This document shows positions 46,024-57,680 of a stretch of DNA of 64,000 bases, piece by piece. This DNA comes from Azolla caroliniana. Its lineage: Eukaryota > Plantae > Polypodiophyta. The position numbers and the translations under genes are program-made. The stretch lies in the NCBI GenBank assembly GCA_043228905.1, contig JBHGNT010000004.1, positions 806,001-870,000 on the forward strand, in the 5' to 3' direction. Within the stretch, counting starts at the first letter, position 1. Each line of letters begins with the position of its first letter. The notes beneath the pieces are model-generated. The model was given only the letters and a program-made list of their open reading frames with translations, was not told the DNA's origin and searched no databases.

Positions 46024-47187
46024 ATGGCTGCCATTAACTTAGAAGAATATCTCACCCTTGTTGCAGAAATGGAGAACCTTAAATCCAAGTTCGCATCTCT
46101 TGAAGTAGAGAATCAACGTCTACTTGGGGATCTACAAAAGGTTACTATAGAGAAGCAACAACAACAAGAGGAGTTCACGCGGCGAGTGCAACAGTTAGAG
46201 TCGACAATCGTCGTGTTACAACAACAAAGGGTTGAAGGTCAGGGACTTATCAAGGAGCCAAAAATTAGCCTCCCAGCTAAATTTGATGGGTTGAGGGCGC
46301 ATTTCTGAGGTTTTTTGAATCAAGTACGGTTGGTGATTCAAATGCATCCCGCACGTTATCCAACAGATGCATCACGAGTCAGGCTAGTGGGCACTTTATT
46401 GACTGGCATAGCGTTGTCGTGGTTTGCTCCATTGCTAGAGACCAATTCTCCTCTACTAAATAATTTCGAGGAATTTATCAAGGAATTTAAGGCTTGTTTC
46501 GGAGATACTGATGGGGCGAGAACAGTTATCAACAAGATTCGTACACTTCGTCAAGGTGATCAACCAGCTTCAACATATGCTGCCAATTTCCGTCTCATCG
46601 CAAGCGATATTCCTTGGGATGAACAAGCCCTAATGGAGCAATTCCGTTCAGGCCTTCGTAGTGATGTCAAAGACTTACTTCTTACCTTCCCCGAGGATCC
46701 AAGGTCACTTACAGAAGCTATTAGTCGAGCAATACGGTGTGATAATCGCCTTTTTGAGCGTCGATGTGAGCGACAACAACAAATAACAAGATCTAGATTC
46801 ACACCAACTTATGCATTAGTAACGGCGCAATCATCCCCAAGGCAAATGTATAGCCCTGCTCCAACTCCAAGGCAAACACGTAGTCCAGTCCCAATGGATA
46901 GTCCTACACCCATGGAGATTGATATGACTCAACGACGAGGACCGTTGTCAGACGAAGAGAAGCAACGTCGTCGAGCAAACCATCTGTGCTTATATTGTGG
47001 AGGTCCAGGACATATAGCCATTCATTGCTCCCGTAGGCCGAGACGTCAGGTAAATCAAATTCACTATGACAATAAAAATGAGTCCAACATTTTAGAAGTA
47101 GTTAGTGAATCTAATATTATGAATAATCCACCCTTGTCCAATAAATTTGAAGTCCTAAGCCAATTAGAAGAGGAGTCAAACGAATAA
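46024..47187 (+). pseudogene. gag of C with one nonsense codon
   Basis: ORFs 46024-46308 and 46315-47187 share a frame; TGA lies where B has CGA. Confidence 0.9.
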
Positions 47188-50100
47188 GTCCGGCCAAAAT
47201 AGGAGCCATTTGGTTGGACAACCCTAGATATGTACAACCTGGTGTGGGTTCCATTTCTTCCAAGCATGTTAGTAGAGTCTTCTCAGCCCTAGTACAAGTT
47301 AGGACACCCAGTTGTCAACTTCAAGTCCAAGCCCTCTTAGATACTGGAGCCAATTCTTGTTTCATGGATTATCATAGAGATTTTGCCCAAAAACACCAAA
47401 TATCCTTGCATACACTTCCTTGTCCAGTTTCCGTAGTAGTGATTGATGGACGCCCCATAGCTTCCGGGAAGATATTTGAAGAGTCTGAGCCAATACACAT
47501 ACTCTTGGGTGATTTAGGATGTGTAGTTTCCTTTAACATAATCCGTAGTCCTGAGCATCCAATTGTCCTCGGTTTGCCATGGTTCGAGCTACATAACCCT
47601 AGAATCGATTGGAGGAAGCGAGAAATTAGGTGCCCTTTAGCAAAAAATATCATTGTCAAGGATCGAACTCGGGATTATCCTCCCAAAGTATATAGTTCTA
47701 CCGATGCACCATATCCTTCTCATCAAATTTCAGCCATCACATTGCAACAATTGCACCAAGTGGGAGGCAAGGAGGACCTTTTCTTATTTGCAGTATCAGT
47801 GACACCTTCTAGTGTCACTTAAGGGAATTCAGACATCCAAATTCCCAAAAAATATCAAGACTATGCTAATGTTTTTGACAAAGTCAAAGCTAGTGTTCTT
47901 CCAAAGCATCGGCCGTACGACTGTCCTATTGATCTCCAACCAGGAAAAGAGCCTCCGTGGGGTCCGATTTACAATTTATCACCCACTGAGCTTGAGGTTC
48001 TTCGAGAATACATCGAGGAAAATCTTGCACATGGGTTTATTCGACATTCAAAGTCTCCAGCTGGTGCTCCTATCTTTTTTGTGAAGAAAAAGGACGGCTC
48101 CCTTCGTTTGGTCGTGGACTATCGAGGCTTAAATAAAGTCACCATAAGGAATAGGTATGCTTTACCTTTAATCTCCAATCTCTTAGAACGCATTGGTGGG
48201 GCAAAGCATTTTACCAAAATTGATGTAAGGGGTGCATATAATCTTGTTCGAATTCGGCCAGGAGATGAGTGGAAAACAACATTTCGTACTTGGTATGGTC
48301 ATTTCGAGTATACAGTCATGCCTTTCGGGCTCACAAATGCACCTGCCGTATTTCAACATATGGCAAATGACATCTTCCGGGATTTCTTGGATATTTTTCT
48401 AATCATCTACCTAGATGATCTATTGATTTACTCTAAAACACAGGGGGAGCATGATATACATGTGCGGCAAGTACTTGAACGCCTAAGGAAGTATGGTCTT
48501 TACGCCAAACTTGAGAAATGCAGTTTTGATTGCAAACAAGTCGAATTTTTGGGATACACTATTTCATCCCAGGGTGTTTTCATGGACCCGGCAAAAGTCC
48601 AAACAATATTGGAATGGAAACCCCCATGCTCAGTTCGGGATGTCCAGTGTTTCCTCGGATTTGCGAACTTCTATCGCAAATTCATACATAATTATTCAAG
48701 CATTGTGTTGCCCCTTACTCAACTCACCAAGAAAAATCAAGCATTTTTTTGGAGTATCGAAGCGGACAAGGCTTTTACGCAACTAAAAGAGGCATTCACA
48801 TCAGCACCCATCCTAGCACATATTGATCCTGAAAAGCCATTTACTATTGAGGCGGATGCATCAGACTTTGCATTGGGGAGTATCCTATCGCAACCAGGCG
48901 AGGACGGGCAGATACATCCAGTCGCGTTTCACTCGAGAAAGTTTACTGTTTCGGAGATAAACTATGAGGTGCATGACAAGGAGTTACTAGCTGTGTTCGA
49001 CTCATTCGAGCAATGGCGTCATTTTCTAGAAGGATCCCCTTATCAGATTATCATTTATAGTGATCACAAAAATCTCACATATTTTCAAACAGCTCGAGTA
49101 TTAAATAGACGACAAGCTCGGTGGGCCCAATTTCTAACGCGTTTCGATTTCAAGATCATTTTTCGCCCCGGAAAACAACAAGGGAAAGCAGATGCTCTGT
49201 CTCGGCGTTCGTATCTAGCACTTCGACCTGGAGATCCGGCCTTTGACAATCAAAAGCAAACTCTCCTCGGGCCATCAAAGCTACAGGTAACAACAATTTA
49301 TGCCACACCACTTGATTCTACCCTTCTTGACACTATTTGGCAACAACTTCATTCGGATGATTTTGCTAAGGATGTCTTAGCCCACTGTGGTTCAAGTCGT
49401 CCATCTTGCTCCACATTGCCAGGGTCATCTCAACATTATAAGGACTTCAAGTGGCAAGATGGTTTACTCTTCTACAAGAATCTCCTTTACGTCCCCGACG
49501 GATCACCCCGACTTCAAGTGTTGGAACATTGTCATGATGCCCCCATGGCTGGACATTTTGGTATTTCCAAGACCATTGAGCTGGTGAAACGTTCGTTTTG
49601 GTGGCCTCACTTGCAAAAATTTGTCGAAGATTATGTTCGCACTTGTGACACCTGCTGTCGCGCCAAAATACCCCAGCATCACCCTTATGGCTTACTACAA
49701 CCATTACCCCCTCCCAACAAGCCATGGCAGTCTATTTCTATGGATTTCATTACAGATTTGCCACCTTCCAAAGGCTTTGATACTATTTTAACAGTAGTGG
49801 ATCGGTTCACCAAGATGGCACATTTTGTACCATGTGTAAAGACCATCAATAGTGAAGAAACTGCAGATCTCATTATGCGTGAAGTGTTTCGCCATCATGG
49901 TCTCCCGAATGATATTATTAGTGATCGAGGTTCTCAATTTATCTCACACTTTTGGAAGCACCTATGGGCAGGCCTCAAAATCTCTTGCAAACTCTCTTCG
50001 GCTTATCATCCACAAACTGACGGACAAACAGAGCGCACAAATCAAACGCTCGAGCAATATCTTCGATGTTTCATTACTTATCAACAAGATGATTGGAGTA

Positions 50101-50849
50101 AAATTTTACATCTTGCTGAGTTTGCATACAACAACACGGTCCACTCTTCTACCAAAGTTACACCTTTCTTTGCCTACACCGGCAACCACCCTCGATGGTG
50201 TATACTGGATCTTCCCGAGGTGTCACGAAACCCTAGTGCGGCGCATCACCTCCACCGACTACAACAAATCCAGTTCGAGTTATCGTCACATCTTCAGAAA
50301 GTGCAAGCACACCATAAGACCAATGCCGATCGACATCGTCTTAAGTCTCCGTTTAAGGTTGGTGACCGTGTATGGTTGCTTCGTCGTCACATCAAGACTA
50401 CCCGACCGTGTGCTAAGCTTGACTATCAACGCTTAGGTCCTTTTGTTATCACGGCGCAGATTAATGATGCAACATTTCGTCTTAACCTTCCTGCACATAT
50501 GCGGCTTCACCCTGTCTTTCATAGCTCTCTTTTGGAACCTTGCCACACCTCTTTAATTCCTGATCGTGTCGTGCCACCACCTCCTTCTATACAACTTGTG
50601 GACGGCCCCGAATACGAGGTAGCTGCTATTCTCGATTCTAAGATTGTGCGCAATAAGCTTTATTATCTAGTTGATTGGCTTGGTTATCCTCCGAGTGATC
50701 GCACTTGGGAACCCATCGATAACGTTTGTAATGCTGAAGCTCTGGTCAACGACTTCCATCATCACTATCCAAACAAGCCCGGCCCAACAATGTTAACGCC
50801 GACTTCCACTCGGCGTTCTCGAAGGAGGGATAGTGTCATGAACACATGA
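47175..50849 (+). pseudogene. pol of C with one nonsense codon
   Basis: LLDTGA, YLDD, RNase H, integrase and chromodomain; ORFs 47214-47822 and 48081-50849 share a frame. Confidence 0.92.
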
Positions 50850-52034
50850 CCATTATGGCGTCACCCGGACTTGAACCTCGAACCTTGTAATTCATACTTG
50901 AAAACGTCAACCATTAAGATAGCTTATTGTTATATGAAACAATGAAAGCTACTTCTTGTATTACATTGATTATTGTAAAAACTCTAGATTATTCTAGAAT
51001 GTTCTAGAATGTCCTAGAGCATTCTAGAACATTCTAGAAATCTCTAAGCTATTCTATAGGAACCTATAAATAAGCGCATACATGTATTCTCAAATCAATT
51101 CGAATCAACACCAGTCTTTAGCTCTCATCACATATCTTGTATCCATTCTCTTTCTTTCTCTATCTTATACATCCATTCTTCTCTATCCTTCTTCCATCAC
51201 TCTATCTTTTATCCTTGGTTCTGACAGTATGCGCCTCCGCTTCCTCGGGTACGTTGTCGTGAAGAAAACCGTCCATAGGCGGAATCGGCGCACCTAGGCG
51301 TGGGAACCGGTTCTTCACGCGCGCAAGCTCCAAGTAGTACGAAGAAGCGAGTTAGGAGGGTAATCGGCAGGAACGGGCCCTAACATAGGTGGAGACAAAG
51401 ACCGCGCGAACAGTCTTTTCGGTCGCGCGCGCGAGCTAGGGGACGGCACGAGTCGGCGGCGTAACTACGCGGATGCGTGAAGAACGGAGCGGATCCCTGC
51501 TCGAAAGGGACAGGGAATAAAGCTGACAGGACGGCCTGCTCGTCGGGCTATATAAGAGCAGGAAAGAGCTGTTGCAGGTATCTCGCGCGGAGAGGACGGA
51601 GTGCTGTCGGACCGTTTCTGGACGCTTCTCTCTCTCTGTTTCCTTCCTTCTTGAGCTCCATAGCTTTCTGTGCAGGGTTCCGAGGAGGCTCGCGCTGTTT
51701 CGAGAAACGCCCGAGTGCTTCCGGCAGCCCCTTTGTGCGTCGAAGTGAACAGGCATCGGCATCTGTTCGCCGGCCTGTTCGGTTGTAACCAACCTGTGCC
51801 CCGTCGAGGGTTGTAGTCGTGTTAGCCATTTTTCTTAATACACATATTTAGTCATTCGCATCTGTCTGTGTCGGTGTCTGTTCGCGTTCACCGTGCTGAA
51901 GGGCCGCGTCCCTGTGTATCCCCGGCCTGCGTAGCCGGTTCTCTCCCTTTCTCCTCCCTCGCTTGCTCTTTGGTTCGAGACCCCCGCGGTCCTGCCTCGT
52001 TTCCACACGCACTTGCGTAAAATCTCGACATCTT

Positions 52035-52052
52035 TGGTGAACCCGACGTGAA
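52035..52052 (+). promoter_or_regulatory. PBS of D, complementary to tRNA-Trp
   Basis: TGGTGAACCCGACGTGAA is the reverse complement of the plant tRNA-Trp 3' end TTCACGTCGGGTTCACCA as recalled. Confidence 0.88.
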
Positions 52053-52074
52053 AGAGGCGGCAGAAGAGCAGAAG

Positions 52075-54201
52075 ATGAGGGGGTCGGATCTCGCAGAGGC
52101 CATGGCTTCGGCCGTGGATCGGATTGTAAACGCGCGCGAGAGCACCGGTGCCCTCGACAGAGCTATTGAGGCGGTCGTCGGCACGATCGGCCGGTTCGAT
52201 GGGAAGGATGCCACGAAGTATTTGGCGTCCTACGGTGCAGAGATGCTGATGCGGGACATTCCGGAAGAAAGGCGTCTTGCCGGATTTCCCCGAGTGGCGA
52301 TGCCAAGCATCCATGCGGAGGTGCTCGAGGTGCGGACGGAGAGCCGTACCTGGGAGGAGTTCGAAGGTCGGCTCCTAGAGAAATACGGGCTGGACGACGC
52401 GCTCCGGCTTTCGAAGCGAAGGTTCATGGAATGGGTGGAGTCCCCGGGGAAGGGAAGAAACGCGTCGGCGCTCCTCCGGGAGTTCGAGGAAAACTTTGCG
52501 CGCCTTTCGGCGCTCGACCGAACCATCCTGAACACGAGCCGGGTCTTGCTATTTGTCAAGTCGGTCGACGAGCGGGATCGGGAGCAAGTGGGCCTCTTGC
52601 TGGAAACCGAAGACGGGCTCACTACCGACTGGGCGGCTGTCAGGAAGGTCTGTGGCCGTTTCGACAAACGGCGAGAATGGGCGGATAACGGGGCGACCGG
52701 GTCGGGCTCGGTCGCAGCAAGGAAGCTCGAACCAGCGCCACAGGTGCGCAAGGAAGAGACCCGGGAGTGGTTGGAAACCGGTTCGGCTTCGACCGGCGTA
52801 GTCAGAGGCTCAACCGGAGGAGCGACGCTGGAGGAATTGACGAAGGCGATAAAGGACCTCCAAATCGCGCAGGCCCGAAGGGAAGGAGGCGAACCGGCTC
52901 GTGACCGACGGCCGGCGGCAGGAAACAGGTGCATGTGGTGCGATGAAGTCGGCCACATTCGGAAGGACTGCGGCGACTTCGCGGAGGCGCTGAGGAACAG
53001 GGTGGTGTACCTGTGGGAAGGACGGGTGCATGCCAGCGACACCCGAAGGGCCCTGAGCCGAAACGACGGAAAGGGTGGTATGAAAAGGTTGATGGAAGAG
53101 GCGGCGGCCCGACACGCGGAAACCGTCCACTACTCGGCGTCGGCCGGCATTCGAGTCGGGGGCGGCGAGGCCCGAAGGGAAAGCAGAGCCGGATTCTGGC
53201 CGACGATGCTGGAAGGCCTTGCCGGTGCAAGGCTTAAAGGGGAGGAATCGGACCGTGCGGAGAAACGGGTACGGGAGATGACCGGGTGGAGCGACCCGGT
53301 CGAGGAAAGGACGGGCTTCGTGGAAGCCGCTTGCCAGAACTACGAGGCTCTGGTAGAAGAGAAGCGGGTGGGGAGACCCGGGACGACCGGGCCCTCACAA
53401 CGATACGAGACCCGGTCCGGGCCACGACGGGACGAAGCCGGCGGGGCCGGTACGCAAGATAAACCCCAGAAGGGCGGGTACCGTCTGGGGACGGAGATAG
53501 AAAGGACCACGGACTTACGAAAGGTCCTGGAGGAACGGATCCTCGACAGCAAGGTGGAGCTGTCGTTACGAGAGGTGCTGGGAATCGCCAAGAAGGAGTT
53601 CCACGACTCCATCGTGGACTTGGTGAAACGGAAGAGGCTGTCGACGGAGACAGAACTGGAAAGACCGGTGGAAGTGCGAACGACGCACCTAGACGACATG
53701 GTGCTGGGAGACGAGTGGGCGGAAAGCCACTATTCGAGACCACACTGGGCCCGAGCGACCACGGAAACCCCGGTGAAGATCGGCGATGTCCGGGAACCGG
53801 TGATAGCTTTGGTGGACCACGGATCGGAGATCAATTTGATGTCCATGGACTTCTATAAGAAGGGCAAATGGCCGATCAACACCAAGCACGGGTGGAAGAT
53901 AAGGGCAGCAACGCGCGCCACCGAGGAACTGCACGGGGCCTGTCCGAATGTGCGAGTCAAGATTGGCGACGTCGAGATTGACCAGCACTTCTTCGTGCAG
54001 GAGACGTCTTCGCATCCGGTCATTCTAGGAGAGCCGTACATCACGGCGGCGCGAATGGAGACCAAAGTGCTGGACAATGGTTCGGCCTACGCGAGGGTCA
54101 AAAGCCAAGACGGGCGCCATTCGGTCCAGTTTCTGACGGTACGGCCGAACCACGAACGTAACCGCGATTCCCTCGGTTCCGAAAACCGAGAGGATTTTTA
54201 G
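52075..54201 (+). CDS. Gag-protease ORF of D
   Basis: CMWCDEVGHIRKDC knuckle; ALVDHGSEINLM..VILGEPY aspartic-protease-like region; first ATG at 52075. Confidence 0.9.
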   Translation: MRGSDLAEAMASAVDRIVNARESTGALDRAIEAVVGTIGRFDGKDATKYLASYGAEMLMRDIPEERRLAGFPRVAMPSIHAEVLEVRTESRTWEEFEGRLLEKYGLDDALRLSKRRFMEWVESPGKGRNASALLREFEENFARLSALDRTILNTSRVLLFVKSVDERDREQVGLLLETEDGLTTDWAAVRKVCGRFDKRREWADNGATGSGSVAARKLEPAPQVRKEETREWLETGSASTGVVRGSTGGATLEELTKAIKDLQIAQARREGGEPARDRRPAAGNRCMWCDEVGHIRKDCGDFAEALRNRVVYLWEGRVHASDTRRALSRNDGKGGMKRLMEEAAARHAETVHYSASAGIRVGGGEARRESRAGFWPTMLEGLAGARLKGEESDRAEKRVREMTGWSDPVEERTGFVEAACQNYEALVEEKRVGRPGTTGPSQRYETRSGPRRDEAGGAGTQDKPQKGGYRLGTEIERTTDLRKVLEERILDSKVELSLREVLGIAKKEFHDSIVDLVKRKRLSTETELERPVEVRTTHLDDMVLGDEWAESHYSRPHWARATTETPVKIGDVREPVIALVDHGSEINLMSMDFYKKGKWPINTKHGWKIRAATRATEELHGACPNVRVKIGDVEIDQHFFVQETSSHPVILGEPYITAARMETKVLDNGSAYARVKSQDGRHSVQFLTVRPNHERNRDSLGSENREDF

Positions 54202-57200
54202 AGAGGACTGCCAAGGCGTGGGGCCGCGACAGTCCGGATGCTCCGGAAAAACCCCACATCTGTACGATAAAACCGTGTACAATAGGTAGGAAATTTTGCT
54301 TCTCCGACAGCGGAGCATGTATGATGGTCGGCATCACCGGCCGAGAGAAAACAAAGACGGAGGGGAGACTTCGGGCGTGCGGAGTTCTCGGCCCGGACGA
54401 AGGAATCAACGGAGCCGTGGAGGCAGTCTCCTTCGACGACACCTTGGGAATGCTGGGGAAGGTAGTCGAAGAAGACCTTAACGAAGACCGGACGATACCG
54501 GTATGTTCCGAAGAAATGTACGAAGTCATCGCGGACTTCGGTCGAGGGCTGGAGTCGGAACGGACGGCCCGAGTGAGCACCAAGTACAAGACGGTGGACC
54601 GGAAGGTGAGGCCAGTTGCGGCGCCCTTACCGGAGGGCAGTGAATCCCGGATTAAAGGGGTTGCATCGGACCCCAGCTTACGAGATCGGGCCTGCATAGG
54701 ACACACCTTCACCAACGAGACGCTCCGCGAGCTGAAGATCGGTGGGGGCGGGTTCCTACTGCCGGCGGAGGAAGACCGGTTCCGGAGAATGCTCGGAAGG
54801 CACGGGAAAGCCTTCGCATTCTCGCCGGAGGAAATCGGGTGCGCGGACCCGACGATCGTAGAGCCGATGGTGATATTCACGGTACCTCATGTACCGTGGA
54901 ATCTCAAGCCAATTTCGGTTCCGAGAGCTCACATCCCGAAGTTGATGGAGCTGTTGAAGCAGAAAGTTGATATGGGCATTCTCGAGCCGTCGAGCGCCCC
55001 GTATTCAAACCGCTGGTTTACCGTACCAAAGAAAAACGGATCATTGCGCTTCATTCAGGACCTGCAGCCGGTCAATAGAGTGACCATTCGGAACGCAGGG
55101 ATCGGACCGACCATAGACGAGTTCGCGGAGGCCTTCGCCGGAAGGTCGATTTACTCGGTCGGTGATCTATACTCGGGGTACGACCAGTTCCAGCTAGCCG
55201 TGGAAAGCAGAGACATTACGACGATGCGAACTCCCCTCGGCCTAGTGCGGATGTGTACGCTGCCGCAAGGAGGGACCAACTCGGTGGCCCACATGGTGAA
55301 TGCGATGAACAAGGTGCTGAGGGACTGCATCCCGGACATCACCATGCCGTTTCTAGATGACATCCCGATCAAGGGATGCCCGGTAGAAGAGAAGGACGAG
55401 ACGGTCGGGCCGGACGGATGCCGGCGATTCGTGATGGCGCACATCGACGACTGCGAGAAGGTGCTGCAAAGGCTAGAGGATGCGAGGCTCACCTTCTCGG
55501 GGGAGAAATCAGCCTTCGGGCAGTCGGAAATCATGGTGGTCGGACACTTATGTGGGCCATATGGCCGGAAACCGTCTCCGGCAAAGGTAGAAGCCATCTC
55601 CGCGATGAAGCCCAACTGCAGCTCGGTCACGGAAGTACGAAGATTCCTGGGGGCATCCGCATTCTACCACATATGGATCCCGCATTACGCCCACGTTGCG
55701 GAGCCGCTATACGGATTATTGAGGAAAGGGCGAAGATTCGAATGGCTAGATAAGCACACGGAGTCGGTCCGGAAGCTGAAGGAGGCTCTTTCGGCAGCAC
55801 CGGCGCTCCGAAAGGCCGTCTACAGGAAGGGCACCCCAGTGTACATAACGGTTGACACGAGTCCGACCGGAATCGGGTGGGTCGTCAACCAAGAAGACGA
55901 GGACGGCAATCGGTTTCCGATCCGATTCGGCGCGAAGGTCCTCAGCGAACGGCAGCGAGGATACGCCCAGGTTAAACGCGAACTCTGGGGTATCGTTTCG
56001 GCGGTGAAGGCCGACAAGGACTATCTGATCGGGACGGAGGTAATCATAGAGACGGATTGCATGCCGATTCTCGGCATGGTTTCCGGATGCGCGACGCCGG
56101 ACCTGGCAATGCTCAGGTGGATAGCGTACATCAAGTCCCTAGACCCGGTAATACGACACATTTCCGGGAAAGACAACGCCATGGCCGACATGCTTTCAAG
56201 GGCGAGATTCGATGACGAGGGCGGCATGGTTTCGGAGGACGAAGAGGTCGGCGTGGACTTCTTCGAGACTGCGTATGTAACAACCGACGGAACAAGCACT
56301 CCGGCGCTTAACGACTTCGACGCGAGCAAGTACGACGGGGAGTGGCTGCAGATCGGTGGGTTTTTGAAGACACTGACGCCCGATGCGTCATGGACGAAGG
56401 ACGAGGCCAACCGGATCCGGAAGAAAGCGTACCGGTTCTTTCTCCGGGATGGCTATCTATGGAAGCACCCGAAGAAGAGGGGCGGCGCTCCGCTCCGGGT
56501 GGTGGCGATGAAGGATGAACAGGAGGAGCTGCTGACGGCCTACCACGACAGCCCTTGGGCTGGACACCGTGGAACATGGGCTACGTTTGAGAAACTGAAG
56601 GGGAAGTATTGGTGGCCGGGGCAGTACCAGGACGTGCATCGGTTCGTGACAACTTGCGAGAGCTGTCAGATGCACTCCATAGTCCGACATCGGGACGAGC
56701 TTCACCCCACGTACCCTCCGACCATCCACTTCAAATGGATGGTAGATCTGGTGACGATGCCAATGGGGGTAGGACAGATGCGGTACCTGGTCCTAGCGCG
56801 GGAGGATCTGACGAACCAGGTGGAAGGCCGGGCCCTTCCGAACAAAACGACCGCGGCCGTATGCCGGTTCCTAATCGAGGACGTGATATGCCGGTACGGG
56901 TGCGTCGGGAAGATCGTGGCTGACCGAGGGGAGCTGGACGCCGAAGAAGCCGCGGAGCTGTTCGACCGGCTGGGAGTCAAGCTCTCGCTCACCACTGCGT
57001 ACAATCCGGAGGCGAATGGAAAGGTGGAGCGCGGACACGGACCGATCGTCAAGGCGTTGGTTCGGGCATGCGGAGGCCGAGTCGGTAACTGGCCGCGGCT
57101 GCTACCTTATGCTTTGTGGGCAGACCGGACCACGCACAGTTCGGTAACCGGGTACATGCCGACGGAGCTCATGTTCGGCCAGAAGCCGATCATGCCGATG

Positions 57201-57680
57201 GAACGGACGATCTCCTCGTGGGCAACGGTCGACTGGAGGGACGAGATGAGCCGGGAGGAGTTGTTGGCCGCGCGCATACGACAGCTCGAGCGGAGACCGG
57301 AGGACGTGGAACTGGCTGCGGAGAAGCTCCGAGTGGCGAGGAAAAAGAACAAAGCCAGGTTCGACCGAACGCACCGGCTCCGACCGAAGAAAATCGAAGA
57401 AGGTGACTGGGTGCTCGTCTACGATAGCAGCCTCGACAACCAGCACCGAGCTACACGGAAGTTCGCACGAAGGTGGTTCGGGCCTTACGTGGTACAGAGC
57501 GCCAATGACAACGGGACATATCACCTGGCGGAACTCGACGGCACGAGAATGGCGATACCGGTTGCAGGGAAGCGGATCAAAGCGTTCAAGAAGCGACACG
57601 ACGACGAGCCAGACCCGGCTCTCCTGGTCGGCAGTGACGAACGATCCGAAAACGAGGATGAACCGACGGGCGAGGAATGA
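54192..57680 (+). CDS. RT-RNase H-integrase ORF of D, reached by a -1 frameshift
   Basis: DLYSGYDQ, LPQG, FLDD, VDTS, HHCC zinc finger, AYNPEANGKVER, WFGPY; frame open across the gag stop. Confidence 0.93.
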   Translation, partial: GFLERTAKAWGRDSPDAPEKPHICTIKPCTIGRKFCFSDSGACMMVGITGREKTKTEGRLRACGVLGPDEGINGAVEAVSFDDTLGMLGKVVEEDLNEDRTIPVCSEEMYEVIADFGRGLESERTARVSTKYKTVDRKVRPVAAPLPEGSESRIKGVASDPSLRDRACIGHTFTNETLRELKIGGGGFLLPAEEDRFRRMLGRHGKAFAFSPEEIGCADPTIVEPMVIFTVPHVPWNLKPISVPRAHIPKLMELLKQKVDMGILEPSSAPYSNRWFTVPKKNGSLRFIQDLQPVNRVTIRNAGIGPTIDEFAEAFAGRSIYSVGDLYSGYDQFQLAVESRDITTMRTPLGLVRMCTLPQGGTNSVAHMVNAMNKVLRDCIPDITMPFLDDIPIKGCPVEEKDETVGPDGCRRFVMAHIDDCEKVLQRLEDARLTFSGEKSAFGQSEIMVVGHLCGPYGRKPSPAKVEAISAMKPNCSSVTEVRRFLGASAFYHIWIPHYAHVAEPLYGLLRKGRRFEWLDKHTESVRKLKEALSAAPALRKAVYRKGTPVYITVDTSPTGIGWVVNQEDEDGNRFPIRFGAKVLSERQRGYAQVKRELWGIVSAVKADKDYLIGTEVIIETDCMPILGMVSGCATPDLAMLRWIAYIKSLDPVIRHISGKDNAMADMLSRARFDDEGGMVSEDEEVGVDFFETAYVTTDGTSTPALNDFDASKYDGEWLQIGGFLKTLTPDASWTKDEANRIRKKAYRFFLRDGYLWKHPKKRGGAPLRVVAMKDEQEELLTAYHDSPWAGHRGTWATFEKLKGKYWWPGQYQDVHRFVTTCESCQMHSIVRHRDELHPTYPPTIHFKWMVDLVTMPMGVGQMRYLVLAREDLTNQVEGRALPNKTTAAVCRFLIEDVICRYGCVGKIVADRGELDAEEAAELFDRLGVKLSLTTAYNPEANGKVERGHGPIVKALVRACGGRVGNWPRLLPYALWADRTTHSSVTGYMPTELMFGQKPIMPMERTISSWATVDWRDEMSREELLAARIRQLERRPEDVELAAEKLRVARKKNKARFDRTHRLRPKKIEEGDWVLVYDSSLDNQHRATRKFARRWFGPYVVQSANDNGTYHLAELDGTRMAIPVAGKRIKAFKKRHDDEPDPALLVGSDERSENEDEPTGEE

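Larger units (their letters stand above)
45536..51226 (+). mobile_element. Element C: full-length chromovirus related to B, with two premature stops
   Basis: LTRs 45536-45947 and 50834-51226; 5-bp TSD GTATG; PPT gaaggagggatag; gag 46024-47187 (TGA at 46306); pol ~47175-50849 (in-frame TAA at 47820); C-terminal chromodomain. Confidence 0.96.

Noticed and set aside
47820-47822. Programmed stop-codon readthrough in C pol and gag (46306)
   Set aside because: B has an open frame at both positions; C-to-T decay is the simpler explanation
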